From Leptogorgia sarmentosa (Eukaryota): DNA of 64,000 bases. The position numbers and the translations under genes were made by a program. Of this stretch, positions 43,101-52,443 are shown piece by piece. The stretch covers positions 10,168,001 to 10,232,000 of the forward strand of contig OZ210885.1 in assembly GCA_964658305.1 (NCBI GenBank), written 5' to 3'. The first letter of the stretch is position 1; each line of letters opens with the position of its first letter. A model generated the notes under the pieces. It saw only the letters and a list, made by a program, of their open reading frames with translations. It was not told the origin of the DNA and made no database searches.

Positions 43101-45487
43101 TCGTGTTTGTTTTCGCTGTCTCCGACTCTTCGTCGCCTCGCGGTATTGCCATTTATGTACTAATGTACTCCTGATGCGAAAGAATGATTTACTAGAATTA
43201 AACTCAGTCACTTGCTCCTTGTTGCTTTGTAATGCGACGATATGATTCGACAACACTGGTCGACGGCATCACTAAGCTTGGGCTGTTTGTTTACCCTAAA
43301 ATACCGGGGATTTACAGAATTTTCGATACTAAAAGAACTAAACCACATATAGGCATACAAAAGTAAATTTAACGTTGGCTTGATACTGTGAATAAACTGG
43401 ATATTTTATTAAGACGCAGAAGTAGCGTGCCACTTTGTGACTTAACTCATTTAAGATCATTTGTTCAGTTTCAGTACGATGTGTAGATAATTTTAAAAAG
43501 GTCAGAGGTCAGAGATTTATCTGATTTGCTTTACACGCGCGCTGCTGCGATTGCCAGTTGCTTCCTGACAACAAAATAGTGATTATTTTCTCGTATCTCG
43601 TCAACAATGTTTCCTTAGTTTTCTTTTAAAAAATATGATTTTAATGCCTTCTAAGGCCTAGGTCAAACGTCGAACTTTTCATGTGCCGAACCTAATGTAA
43701 TATTGTTAATGAGGAAAGTTCTTTGTTTGAGCTCATTTGCATTAGGTTCGGCGCATGAAAAGTTCGACGTTTGACCTAAGCCTTAGAAACTTTGCACTAT
43801 CCTTGGATCCCTAGTTTCAATTACTTTGTTACGTTTGAAGCAGTTTCACGCAACGAAGCAAACAAACTTAGCATTCCGACCGGATTTTTTTAATGTAAAA
43901 TACATAATAATAAGTGTTAAAAATCGGGAGAAGTTCATCTTATTTTGCTGAGAAAATAACCAAAGCAACAATGTTGTATTAAGCAGTAAATTATATTTTG
44001 ACAGGTTGCGCGGGTAAATGCCAAAGGAATTGTGCATCGTTACTTTTTAGCGTGCGGTAGAATTGAAACAATTCGCGTGGCCCAGAACTTCCTCTTTGGT
44101 GTTTATTCTTCCAAGTATGGATTTGCTAATGGAGCGGAAAAGGGAACATCGGCCATAAAGTGGAAACTGAACGAATTGTGGTACGACGATAATTCTAAAT
44201 TTATTACCAGACGCGTTTTAAGGGTGAACAATTCTGACAGCCATGTGGCTATTTTAGGTAATTTATTTCATTTTTTAATCTCAATTGCAACAACGTGTGG
44301 TTGCGCAATTCTTCGAGTATCAGCACAGCTTTATTTACTCTCCAAGCAATGGAAGTAACATGCGAATATGCTGCATTTTGAATCTCCGAATGCGAAACCT
44401 CCCCTGCGAATATACCGCATTCCAGTAACCTCACGTAACACCAAGTGCATACCCGTTTGACTTGCAACTATGTTATCTAACAAGTATTCGCACGGAAACT
44501 TTGAGCATTGCCCACAGCTTAGTCTGTATGTATTTTCCCCGAGCGTACGAGCGTGAGGCCTGGCGAGGGTACTAAGTCCGCCCGGCATTTTCCCCCCGGG
44601 AAAATAAAAACCCAAGGCAAGTTGGAAGACCTGACGTGGATAGACCACCCACTGATCTGAGAAACACTACCAAGGTGTCAAGACGCGCATCCCTAAATTT
44701 ACGCCCGCAGCTGTTACTAATTTCTATTAAAGCATAAAAACGACTGTTGAAGAGGCGGCTCGGTACTCGAAATTGAATTGCCAGTTGCGACAAATTCCTT
44801 AGGGTAACATACCTGCAACATAAATCATTATGAAGCTAAAATTGTGTCACAAATATTGGCAAAATAATTATTCTGTATAACGTAGCCGTTAGATAACACG
44901 GCTAACAATCCAAGATCAGCTCGCAAGTGATGGCAAAAATTTATTCACGTGAAATGCCGGTTGGATAAAATGGCTGTAAATCCAAATTAAAATACGTCTC
45001 ACGTTGTACCAAAATTGCCTTGGGAAGGAAGAACATTGGGTATGCAATGCGATGAAAATCTTTCGTTCGTAACAGCCACTATAAATAGAAAACATGGCTA
45101 TCAATCCAAAATTGATCGCAAAAATTGCCTCGCGTAACATTGCCTTAACAGATTTAAAAAATTTAAATCACATTTTTAGGTCATGGTTCTTTGGTGATTA
45201 AGGACTTCAGAACTGGAAAGGTTCTCCACAGATTTCCAATTCAAAATGCTGAACGTATCAGAGCGTTCGCATTAGCGCCTGAAGGAGAATTTCTGCTGTC
45301 GTGCACGGATATTTATGATAAGAAGACGCTGAAACTGTGGAACCTACCAAATGGAGAGTGTGTTGAAGAATTTCATTTCGACCGGAATGTTTTAGCCATC
45401 GCATGTGGCTCAAATGGAATGGTTTGTGTTGGCCTGGCAGGAGGTCGGGTCTGCTTCCTTCGTCTTAATAAGTTATCCTCGCATTAA
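794..45487 (+). CDS. APAF-1-like NB-ARC + helical domain + WD40-repeat protein; 13 coding exons in window (794-1131, 1678-2320, 4342-4752, 11654-11899, 15987-16205, 18632-18841, 23403-23643, 25828-26060, 29339-29436, 34256-34664, 37213-37817, 44005-44257, 45180-45487); 5' end upstream of window
   Basis: All exons have AG/GT boundaries and consecutive phases match, giving ~1400 codons with no stop until TAA at 45487. Motifs: Walker A GMGGLGKT, Walker B LVILDDVW, LLITTR, GDLPLAL, LHD (MHD) motif, APAF-1-like helical region (YYFKYLTYHL...FNWLYEK), then many GH...WD-type repeats. Confidence 0.9.
1678..2320 (+). CDS. APAF-1-like exon: NB-ARC Walker B, GLPL motif, winged helix
   Basis: ttgcag|AGT...AAAG|gtaaat; LVILDDVW, LLITTR, GDLPLAL, FALFPED. 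Confidence 0.92.
2511..3010 (+). mobile_element. Non-autonomous hairpin element family A, copy 1 (possibly Crypton-like)
   Basis: Near-identical copies at 8973-9475 and 27515-28022; 5' hairpin 2513-2703 with CGAG/CGAG bulges and GTA loop; CCAATCA near the 3' end. Confidence 0.75.
3009..3716 (+). mobile_element. Hairpin element family B, copy 1
   Basis: Hairpin 3016-3156; 22-bp tandem repeat x3 at ~3598-3660; CCAATCA at ~3679; inverted copy at 28029-28718. Confidence 0.75.
4342..4752 (+). CDS. APAF-1-like exon: LHD motif and helical domain
   Basis: ttttag|GA...TTAG|gtaatt; YRLHDLL, YYFKYLTYHL, FNWLYEK. Confidence 0.9.
4809..5242. mobile_element. hAT-like MITE
   Basis: CAGGGGCGTAG ... CTACGCCCCT termini with G/C runs; TSD not clear. 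Confidence 0.55.
7190..7600 (+). mobile_element. Degenerate Helitron/Helentron Rep-Hel N-terminal fragment (DUF6570-like)
   Basis: Peptide NSTVSVLQRPIDESQTISINLKRRLGYKHHYQFQN...SEIFENEGI resembles that region of animal Helitron proteins (from memory); contains stops. Confidence 0.6.
7769..8515 (-). mobile_element. Hairpin element family C
   Basis: TGATTGG at ~7821; hairpin ~8373-8512 with CTCG/CTCG bulges on the plus strand; left boundary approximate. Confidence 0.6.
8519..8812 (-). mobile_element. Hairpin element family D, internally deleted copy
   Basis: Near-identical to 61188-61472; followed by another hairpin fragment to ~8910. Confidence 0.65.
8973..9475 (+). mobile_element. Hairpin element family A, copy 2
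   Basis: High identity to 2511-3010. Confidence 0.75.
9796..10595. mobile_element. Tc1/mariner-type MITE with ~310-bp TIRs
   Basis: TA|CAGGGTGTATAAAAAAAAC...TTTTTTATACACCCTG|TA; related fragments near 12104-12250 and ending ~45892. Confidence 0.85.
11107..11514 (+). mobile_element. Hairpin element family G with imperfect ~30-bp TIRs
   Basis: Hairpin ~11109-11253 with GA/GA bulges; TTATCATTTATAGACC... vs ...GGTCGATAACTGATAA; first 83 bp identical to 46526-46608. Confidence 0.7.
11654..11899 (+). CDS. APAF-1-like exon: linker and first WD40
   Basis: ttccag|GC...ACAG|gtaggt; GRLL...CGLENGSITIFDL. Confidence 0.85.
13199..14662. mobile_element. hAT-type non-autonomous element
   Basis: 8-bp TSD TTGGTGCA (13191-13198, 14663-14670); short TIR (G)AGTGGCGT / ACGCCACTG. 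Confidence 0.8.
13479..13808. mobile_element. hAT-type MITE nested in 13199-14662
   Basis: TIR CATAGGCGTACG / CGTACGCCTATG; 8-bp TSD CAGATAGG. Confidence 0.88.
15987..16205 (+). CDS. APAF-1-like exon: WD40
   Basis: aaacag|TG...GACG|gtaagc; GHSGVVSCLAVS...SGSLDGSTILW. Confidence 0.9.
18632..18841 (+). CDS. APAF-1-like exon: WD40
   Basis: ttgtag|GG...ACAG|gtatgc; DKTIKLL...GHTDWVRCV. Confidence 0.85.
21120..21283 (-). mobile_element. DINE/HINE-like (Helentron-associated) fragment
   Basis: Minus strand ATTACCTCCGCAAGGAGGTTATG short hairpin followed by a GT-rich microsatellite. Confidence 0.45.
21453..22324. repeat. Foldback/palindromic element copy 1 (~416-bp arms, 40-bp spacer)
   Basis: CATGGCTAGAAATATGCG...CGCATATTTCTAGCCATG; arms 21453-21869 and 21910-22324. 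Confidence 0.95.
23403..23643 (+). CDS. APAF-1-like exon: WD40
   Basis: ttttag|AT...CAG|gtgggt; SASDDETIKIWD, SGGDEGSVRLW. Confidence 0.9.
23919..24792. repeat. Foldback/palindromic element copy 2
   Basis: Near-identical to 21453-22324, same spacer orientation. Confidence 0.95.
25828..26060 (+). CDS. APAF-1-like exon: WD40
   Basis: tttcag|C...ACAG|gtatag; TASRDGSIRVWN, SASTDGTFKVWN. Confidence 0.9.
27515..28022 (+). mobile_element. Hairpin element family A, copy 3
   Basis: High identity to 2511-3010. Confidence 0.75.
28029..28718 (-). mobile_element. Hairpin element family B, copy 2 (inverted)
   Basis: Reverse complement of 3009-3716. Confidence 0.75.
29339..29436 (+). CDS. APAF-1-like small exon (not in ORF track): WD40
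   Basis: caatag|GT...AAG|gtgtag; translates GDLEWAKHVAVSADDRYVVSLSK...SIK; phase 1 to 0 bridges the flanking exons. Confidence 0.75.
30389..30536. mobile_element. Tc1-like palindromic MITE
   Basis: TA|CAGTACTGTGCAAAAGTTATAGGCACC...GGTGCCTATAACTTTTGCACAGTACTG|TA. Confidence 0.85.
30684..32275 (+). mobile_element. 3'-truncated Gypsy LTR retrotransposon: 5' LTR (~30684-31658), tRNA-Leu PBS (31662-31679), partial gag
   Basis: ...TTACA followed by TGGTGTCAGGAGTGGGAT, complementary to the tRNA-Leu(CAG) 3' end; LTR 5' boundary uncertain. Confidence 0.75.
31826..32272 (+). pseudogene. Gypsy Gag (PNMA-like capsid) N-terminal fragment
   Basis: MATEEA...RKLRRFTG...LEDWI...HLEGAAK...LRDSFG...FFERKQRDRETVRDF (major-homology-like region), abruptly truncated. 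Confidence 0.8.
34256..34664 (+). CDS. APAF-1-like exon: WD40
   Basis: ttcaag|GTG...GCAG|gtgggt; VWNL...IGCKDNHVFIWDW. Confidence 0.88.
36578..37150 (+). mobile_element. Hairpin element family F
   Basis: Hairpin 36582-36732 with CGAG bulges and GCC-GAA-GGC apex; CCAATCA ~37114. Confidence 0.65.
37213..37817 (+). CDS. APAF-1-like exon: WD40
   Basis: atgcag|GT...GAG|gtatgt; SGSIGGSVKLWN. Confidence 0.88.
39253..39433. mobile_element. pogo/Tigger-like MITE remnant
   Basis: TCCCGCTATCTCGAAC ... GTTCAAGATAGCGGGATTCTACTG|TA; repeated TTCGA motifs. Confidence 0.6.
40035..40117 (-). other. tRNA-derived Pol III-like unit (SINE head or tRNA pseudogene)
   Basis: Minus strand A-box TAGCTCAAGTGG, B-box-like GTTCAAGCC, followed by T6; stems poorly paired. 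Confidence 0.5.
41546..41603. repeat. 8-bp tandem repeat (TAGTCATG)n
   Basis: About 7 imperfect units visible. Confidence 0.85.
43655..43782. mobile_element. Tourist/Harbinger-type MITE
   Basis: TAA|GGCCTAGGTCAAACGTCGAACTTTTCATG ... CATGAAAAGTTCGACGTTTGACCTAAGCC|TTA. Confidence 0.8.
44005..44257 (+). CDS. APAF-1-like exon: divergent propeller segment
   Basis: tgacag|GTT...TTAG|gtaatt; open frame, and the phase 0 to 1 exon needed between 37817 and 45180. Confidence 0.75.
45180..45487 (+). CDS. APAF-1-like terminal exon: WD40 C-terminus
   Basis: ttttag|GT; KTLKLWNL...GLAGGRVCFLRL, stop TAA; AATAAA at 45636-45641. Confidence 0.88.
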
Positions 45488-46068
45488 ACAAAACTCTCAC
45501 CAAAAGGTTGAAGACTTCAGACAAATTGCAACATTGTCTGAAATGAATATTAAACGTGGAAACAAGGATATGTGGAGTAGCAATATCAATATTTCTTGCA
45601 ATGAAAAATATAATTCTAAAATGTATATAAAGTAGAATAAAGACTCAAAAAGCCAAAACCATTGAAATTAACGCATTGCTGGAATTTGAAAGCCCCTTCA
45701 ATTTGAACTCGAAAAGTGATTAAGAAATTGAGATATACAGTTGTAATGTGCGTCCGGAATGATTTAAACCAAATTTTGAATACACTAAATTACTGGCTCG
45801 CAAAATTAGCTTAGCTTAGGGATTAGCTTGGTGATAGGGCATTCAAATTCAAATAATCAATGGTTTTGCGTGTTTTTTTCTTATACACCCTGTATACTAA
45901 TATTCGATTATGACTATTTTTACCAAAACAACCAGAATTGTAGGTACTTCGGAGTCTCAATAGTAGAGATATTGAAAACTATTTGAATGTTCCAGTGAAA
46001 TTATTACGTAATATAATAGGCACAGTGTGTAAGAGGGCGACAATGCATTCCCAGAAGAGAAAGAAGAC

Positions 46069-46170
46069 GAAAAGAAGAGAAAGTACCAACAGAGAGTTTT
46101 AGAAGTTGAAATGGGCTCTTTTACACCCCTTGTTTTCGGGACAAATGGAGGAATGGGGATTGAATGCCAA
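46069..46170 (+). mobile_element. Fragment of a CRE/RLE-type non-LTR retrotransposon C-terminus
   Basis: Translates [34 protein letters not shown]. Confidence 0.6.
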
Positions 46171-46525
46171 TCTCACAAGGCGTCACCAAGGTTTGCACCA
46201 AATCAGAAAATTGTGAACATTTAAAACCTCTAGATCGCCGGAAACGACCATTTCAAAGCGCTAACTCTACCTCTTTGGTAAGATCATTTAAGTGTACGAA
46301 TCAAAGATCGCTTACATTAAGTATTATATTGCTGTATAACTTTTATAATTACTATTGTCACAAGTGAAAGAAAACGAGAGATGGTAAACAGTGGGGGACA
46401 GTTATATAGTCGTCCCCTAAGCCAAAAATTCGGGGACCCCACAAGATTAGCACCCTTTATATAGTATTTAGCACATGTGATTAGCTCATTTGTCGTCAAA
46501 TATAATGTTCCAACACCTCGCATTT

Positions 46526-46608
46526 TTATCATTTATAGACCCGGAGCGAGGGGGATTCGGCGTAATATTTCCCGAAGTGATGATATTTTCCGAGGGGCTT
46601 TGCCCCGA
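46526..46608 (+). mobile_element. Truncated left end of family G fused to the AcademH transposase
   Basis: 83-bp exact match to 11107-11189. Confidence 0.85.
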
Positions 46609-49600
46609 GCAGATGTACCTGCTATGCCTGTTGCCCAACCATTACCAATACCACCAGGAAATGCACCTGCTGTACCAGCGACTAACGTGACAGTGGAAGT
46701 ACGATGGGAAAGCGGGACCAAACGCCGAATTTTACCAGCAGATTTGTGCTCACTGGGCAAGATGCTTTGTCGTGGGACTTATACACAGATTGCAAGAGCA
46801 GCATGGCGAAATGAAAAGTTGAGAGAGCAATTAGTATTACTATTCCTAAAGGAGATTGATAACGAATGTACTGGTATGTGTTCTTTGAGAAGGCCCAGTC
46901 TGTTACGAAAAACAGCCAAGGAGGATATTTTGAAGTTTTCTCTCACAGCATACGAAGAAGAGCTGAAAGCAAGAATGCCTCTCTTCAGAAGTGTATTATT
47001 GGCGGCATCTGTACGGAAGAACGAAAAGAAGAATTCAGATCCCTTTTGGATGCCAGCTGTTTGCATGACTTCAGCAATTTGCTTGAAAAATAGATCTGCC
47101 TATATGACAGCCATGCAACTGTTGAATACTATATTCATTCAGCACTCTGGATTGATCGTAAGTTCATATGAGTATTAACTGCAAACTCTGTATTGACCCC
47201 TATTCTCAAATAAAAGTTATTAAGCCCTCCCTTCATTTGTTTCAAGTATCTGATTATTACATGATGATGAATGTAACCATATGTAAATATATGATTTTCG
47301 TAGTCCATGTTATGCAGACTTGGAGTTTATCGACTTGTTGTATCCCACACATTCCTCTACAAAAAGCTCGATGAGTATGGAAAAAATCACAACAAAAAGA
47401 TACTAGATAAGGTGATATGCGAAGGAAGAAGGCTTCAAGCTCTAGAAAAAGCAGAAGTAAATTCTGATGATGTTTGTGATGCAGCTGACACAGGAAGAAA
47501 AATTGTCTTTGACAATTTTGACTTCAAACAACAGGTACATAGTCTATACCAAATCATTATGATCATTAGCCATTTCTTTTGAAGTTGATTGTTTTTACAT
47601 TCTTTGAATGCAAAAATATTTGCATGTCTGACCAGATTGTCAGGAGGCTGGCTTTTCCACTGCGTTGAAGTCTATCATTGCCCATGCACTTGTGTAATAG
47701 TGGCATGTGATAGCAGCTCAGGAGAGGGGAAATTAAAATGAGAAGTGGAAAAGAATAGTCTAGGATTAATAATCATACAGCTAACTTTGCAACATGTAAT
47801 TGATAATCTTAATCTTAATCTTAAGGTACACCATATGAGTGAGACCCACCAAAATATTGACAAACACTGGGTGAGTCATATGTGCACAGAGAACAGAGTT
47901 GCAGGAAATCATTTGTCAACAGTACAACCCCCTATATCAAGGTTGCTCAACCTGGATAATGGTAAATTCATTCCTAATCATGTTGAACAACAACTTCAAA
48001 GAGAGGATTATGCTAGCCTTGTCGGTAGAATAATTGTGGAGAAGATTGCATGCCTGCATTTCTTGAAAACATGTGCTTCAAGGAATATCCAACACCCATA
48101 TTCAAGGGAAATGATGCAACCCACTGAGACAGTAAGTTTAGATTCATAATGATTGATGGATTTTATAAACAGTATAAATGTTATGAAACATACTGTGGCA
48201 GCAATACAATGTTGAGGAATCTATCTATCTAGATCCCCCTTTTTTGCATTTCTGAAGATTTCTTTGTTGAAACTTTTTGCTGAATATATAGTTTCATTTT
48301 TTCAATATATTACACTTATTTTTTCCTAGGTGTTTCTTGGAATGCTTTTTTCTGATGAAAATACCAATGAAGGCATTGCCAATGTACTCAGTGAGATACA
48401 ACAATATGTGCCTTGTTATGGAGAGGAGGAAGACAGAGTTTATGCAGGTCAAGGTGTGGTTGCAGATCAACTGTCTGTTGAACGAGGGGTGAATTATCTA
48501 CTGCAGGTTGCAAATGGATTGACTGCTAAGGAGAGAATGGATGGGATTCATTTGGAAGTGGCCGATTTTCACACAAAAATGAAATTCCTACAGGTATGGA
48601 GTGTTTCAGTTGCTTGCCTGGACAAAGGAAAATATTGTTGAGGGTGGAGCTTTGTTTACATCCTGTTTGTTATGCTGCAATCTCCAGTTTTCATCGTTGC
48701 ATTTCTCTGCAAACTATGGAATAATTATATATGCCTAAATACATTGTTCTTACTAATTTCTCATTCTTTATAGGTAGCATTTGATCACTTCTATAACACT
48801 GGTGCTCCAAATGATAAATGCACAATGTTTGCAGACCGGAACCTTGTGAATAGAAGAAATGTTGTGGAGGATGTAAAGAAAAAGTTCAGTGCGTGTCAAG
48901 AGTTTTTCCTGATGGAAGTTGAGACAAGAGTTGTGGCAGCAACTCTCAAAGTCCTTGGTCTTGATTCTATAGATGGAGAACCAGATGAAGTATCAATGCC
49001 TTTGTATTTGATGGACTCATCTACAGTTGCGAAGAAAACATTCCTAAATAGTCTGTCTTTAGATGTGGTCGACAAGTATGTTTTGCACCAAGAGCAGATG
49101 GACAGAATTATTGCTGGTGCCGAAAAAGAGAAGCAAGCTGATGTTGGCATTCTACCTGATGGTAAATTTCCATGTAGATTTCCTGGCTGCAAGAAATCCT
49201 TCGCGCATGACGGCAAGCGCAGGGAGGCACATGAGAAAACCCATGGATTAATATCAAACAAAGCTGATCCCACTCCAACTCAATGCTCTGACGACATGTA
49301 CAATTACCAACTGGCACTACTTGAGTATGGAATGTTGTACAAAAACTTCTGTGACGCTGTATCTGAAGGTGATGGGGGACGCTTAGTCCGTTGTTGGAAA
49401 TATTTCCTAATGATAATGAAAAAAGACGGTGCACGCAGCCGAAAGTATGCACTAGAAGGCCTAAATTTGCTGTGTCAAATTTACGCTATACTTTCCCCAA
49501 GAGATGCTCATCGATTGGTATGGAATCGGTCGGTGAAGGCAAAGTATGGTGCTGCAGCTAACATTCCGCTTGACCTGGCACTGGAGCATTATAATCGGGT

Positions 49601-49949
49601 GCTCAAAGAAGTAATTAAAAAAATGGGACCAAATGCTTCCAATGAAAAAGCAGTAAATAGATTTTGCAAGGCAATTCCAACAAACAAGCAATTAATGGAC
49701 AATTTTGACTATACCTGTAAAGTTTTACGACGATCTGGAAAACATGTTAAAACAGTAGCATCAAATGATTTTAACAAAATTGTCAAGGAACTTATGAAAT
49801 CTGATGCCTTTACACAGAATACACAACGCAAGCTTATGAAGTTCCACAACTGTGGGCCAAGTGTATTGACAAATTTCGATCTGCATTCCATGTTCAAATG
49901 GATAAATGAACACAGAAGTTCTATTTATCTGCACAAGACGGCACGTTAA
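46609..49949 (+). CDS. AcademH-type DDE transposase (DUF6589-like), spliced, 5'-truncated; exons ~46609-47157, 47304-47534, 47826-48131, 48330-48593, 48774-49949
   Basis: Four phase-0 GT-AG introns join into one frame. Candidate catalytic motifs VFDNFDF, GVVADQLS, IPLDLALEHYN; also ADFH, EGDG.R...WK, KYALE; C2H2-like finger CRFPGC...HEKTH. Paired convergently with a RecQ-like helicase. Confidence 0.8.
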
Positions 49950-50768
49950 TCTTGGTGAAAAGCAAATAACATTTTACCTGAATTACATTGTTGATTTTCC
50001 TGTAAATAATGCATGCACACTTCAATTGTTTATAATAATACAACATAAAACAAATGTTAGGTTATTTGCTGGTGTCCATAGCTTCCATGTGGATATTGTA
50101 TGAAGCTTCCATTGCAAATGCACTCAATATGCCACTTGTATTGACATGTTCGTCATCAGACTGATCAATCACATTCATAGCCATATCAATGTCCGACAGA
50201 TTAATAGTGTCATTAAGTGATATATTTACACTTGAGTCGTCACGAACATCTGCCCAATCTGAACCAATAGTGGTGACTAAATCATCCATGTCGTCCAAAT
50301 GGTCAAAATTAAGGTCAGCTGAGTCTATGTCATTAAAAATTTCTGAAAGAACAGTTAATATCTGCTGAGCATATTCTGATCTCCAGATTTCTACACAGTT
50401 GCATACATCTACTATTGAAAATAAATGTGTGCAGTTCTCCAACACCTGAGAAATGTGGAAAACACTAAATTCAAAATAGCCGTTTTCATATTAGAAGACA
50501 GACAAGTCGTCTAGACGAACAAATCGTCTCAGTCGAACAAATCATCTGATGTGAAAACGAGTCGGACAAAATTTTGGACGAACAAGTCGTCTGATTTTGT
50601 CCGACTGTTTGGCCGTCGGTGAAGACGATTTTTCAAGGACGATTTATTCGTCTGGACGAACAAGTCATCGAACATCGTCGTGAATTCGCATATGTCGAAC
50701 AAAGTCACGAACAAATTAACATGACGCACGCGCAAAAGGAATGGAACTACACGTGCATTGCATTCAAA

Positions 50769-51839
50769 ATGGCGTCTAACAACAAAAGACCACAAAAACG
50801 CAAACGTCCCAAAAACAAAAGCTGGAATGATAAAGAGGTCAACGCCTTCGTTAATGTTTTGACGTCGAATGAAGATAGGGATAATCCCTGGGCATTGACA
50901 CTAGAAACCATGGCACTAAAAAAAAGTTCAAACGAAGCTGTGTTTCGAAAAATTCTAGCAGAGCTGAAGTCACGGTGTCCTGAATCTACAGACTTTACAA
51001 TTGATCAGTTACGACGAAAGTACAAGTGGCTGAAACAGGAATGGAGAAAAATAAACAACAAGATAAGATCCGGAAGTGGTCTGGCTGCAAAGGATACAAA
51101 TTCACCAGAGTGGTATAGTTTGCTTGATCCAATTCTAACGGAGGCAGTGGATGGTATGATGACTTTAAGCTCCAAATCTACTGATATTGAAAGTCAAGAG
51201 GAAAGTCAGGGGGAGTCCAGTCAGGAAGAAACCTGGAGTGACACAGCTTCATCCTCCAGCAGAGTAACACCAAAGAGTCGCAGGTCCAGTGCATCTATAT
51301 TTGGAACTGATGATGAGGCATGGGTTGACGAAGATGGTTCCTTGAATGGTGAAGATGAAAATATTGTAGCAGCAGGAGATACAGTTCTTCGAGGCAAAGA
51401 AAGTACTGATGTTAAAGCATCTGCTACAAGTAAGTCAAAGAAAAGGGCACCAAAAACACAGACTGCTGCCCTATTCCAAATGGTAAAAGGTATGGAAGAG
51501 ATGAGCAAACTACAAGAAAAGAAGAGTGATGAACGATTGGCTACCATGTTGAAAATGGAAATGAAAAGGGATGAGATGCTTCTTGCCTTCCAGAAAGAGC
51601 AGGCAGCACAAAATAGACAACATGAGCTCATGCTGGCTCAGTTACTTGTTCACTCAGGGGTGCAGTCTCACTCTAGTTATCACCCCACTTCCTCTGGCAT
51701 AGGCAACCCATCATCATTTGGGTATAATGGCAGTCAAGCAAGTGGGCATCCTGTATGTGTATCCACTATTGCTGGCCTGGGTAATGATTGTTCCAGTTCA
51801 TTTGATGATGATATTTTGAAAGTATATCATAAACTCTGA
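50769..51839 (+). CDS. Harbinger Myb/SANT-like (trihelix/MADF-type) DNA-binding protein
   Basis: ATG 50769; basic NLS-like KRPQKRKRPK; SWNDKEV...FTIDQLRRKYKWLKQEW; acidic/Ser-rich middle; C-terminal coiled coil. Confidence 0.85.
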   Translation: MASNNKRPQKRKRPKNKSWNDKEVNAFVNVLTSNEDRDNPWALTLETMALKKSSNEAVFRKILAELKSRCPESTDFTIDQLRRKYKWLKQEWRKINNKIRSGSGLAAKDTNSPEWYSLLDPILTEAVDGMMTLSSKSTDIESQEESQGESSQEETWSDTASSSSRVTPKSRRSSASIFGTDDEAWVDEDGSLNGEDENIVAAGDTVLRGKESTDVKASATSKSKKRAPKTQTAALFQMVKGMEEMSKLQEKKSDERLATMLKMEMKRDEMLLAFQKEQAAQNRQHELMLAQLLVHSGVQSHSSYHPTSSGIGNPSSFGYNGSQASGHPVCVSTIAGLGNDCSSSFDDDILKVYHKL

Positions 51840-52443
51840 GTCTTGTTGATGAACACTAAGTGCTTGATGTTGATAAACACTAAGTTCAAGGTATTTTTAT
51901 TTGTTGTCCTTATTTGTTTGAATATTCTCAGTTCCTACATAACATGCAGTAAAGGTTCAAATTGTTCTATTTTAATTTAATGGAAGAAATTAATAAAAAC
52001 AAATTACCAACCATCTTAGTATTGTGTCTTTTTCCTCCATTGGAATTTTTTTATATTATACTTTTCCACTTATATACTTATCACCCAATAGCCATGTTTT
52101 CATTGGGTACTTAGTTGCATTTCATGCACAATAGGGTTAACAATATTAGTTTATGATTAAGTTAAGCTCAACAACAAGCAGATTCGTGCAGAAACATTGG
52201 AGACATAACCTTTAAATATGTCTGTTTGAACGAGCAGGCGTGGAAACAAAGCCATTGGGTAAACAAGAGTGATTAGTAAGGTGTATCAATCTAGAACAGG
52301 TGTAATGTAAACAGACATGATGTTCAAAGTATATACCTGTTGAAATTGCAAAATCTACACACAACTATATTTATAAAATCAGATATTTGAGTCTGACTGC
52401 AAGGTGATACGTATTACTCTAGGGATCACACTGTTATCATCTG

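Noticed and set aside
46477..46608. N-terminal part of ORF 46477-47178
   Set aside because: Chimeric read-through of flanking DNA and the family G fragment; not the true transposase start.
50490..50720. CRISPR-like array of GACGAACAA repeats
   Set aside because: Irregular short subterminal repeats of the Harbinger element; eukaryotic context, no cas genes.
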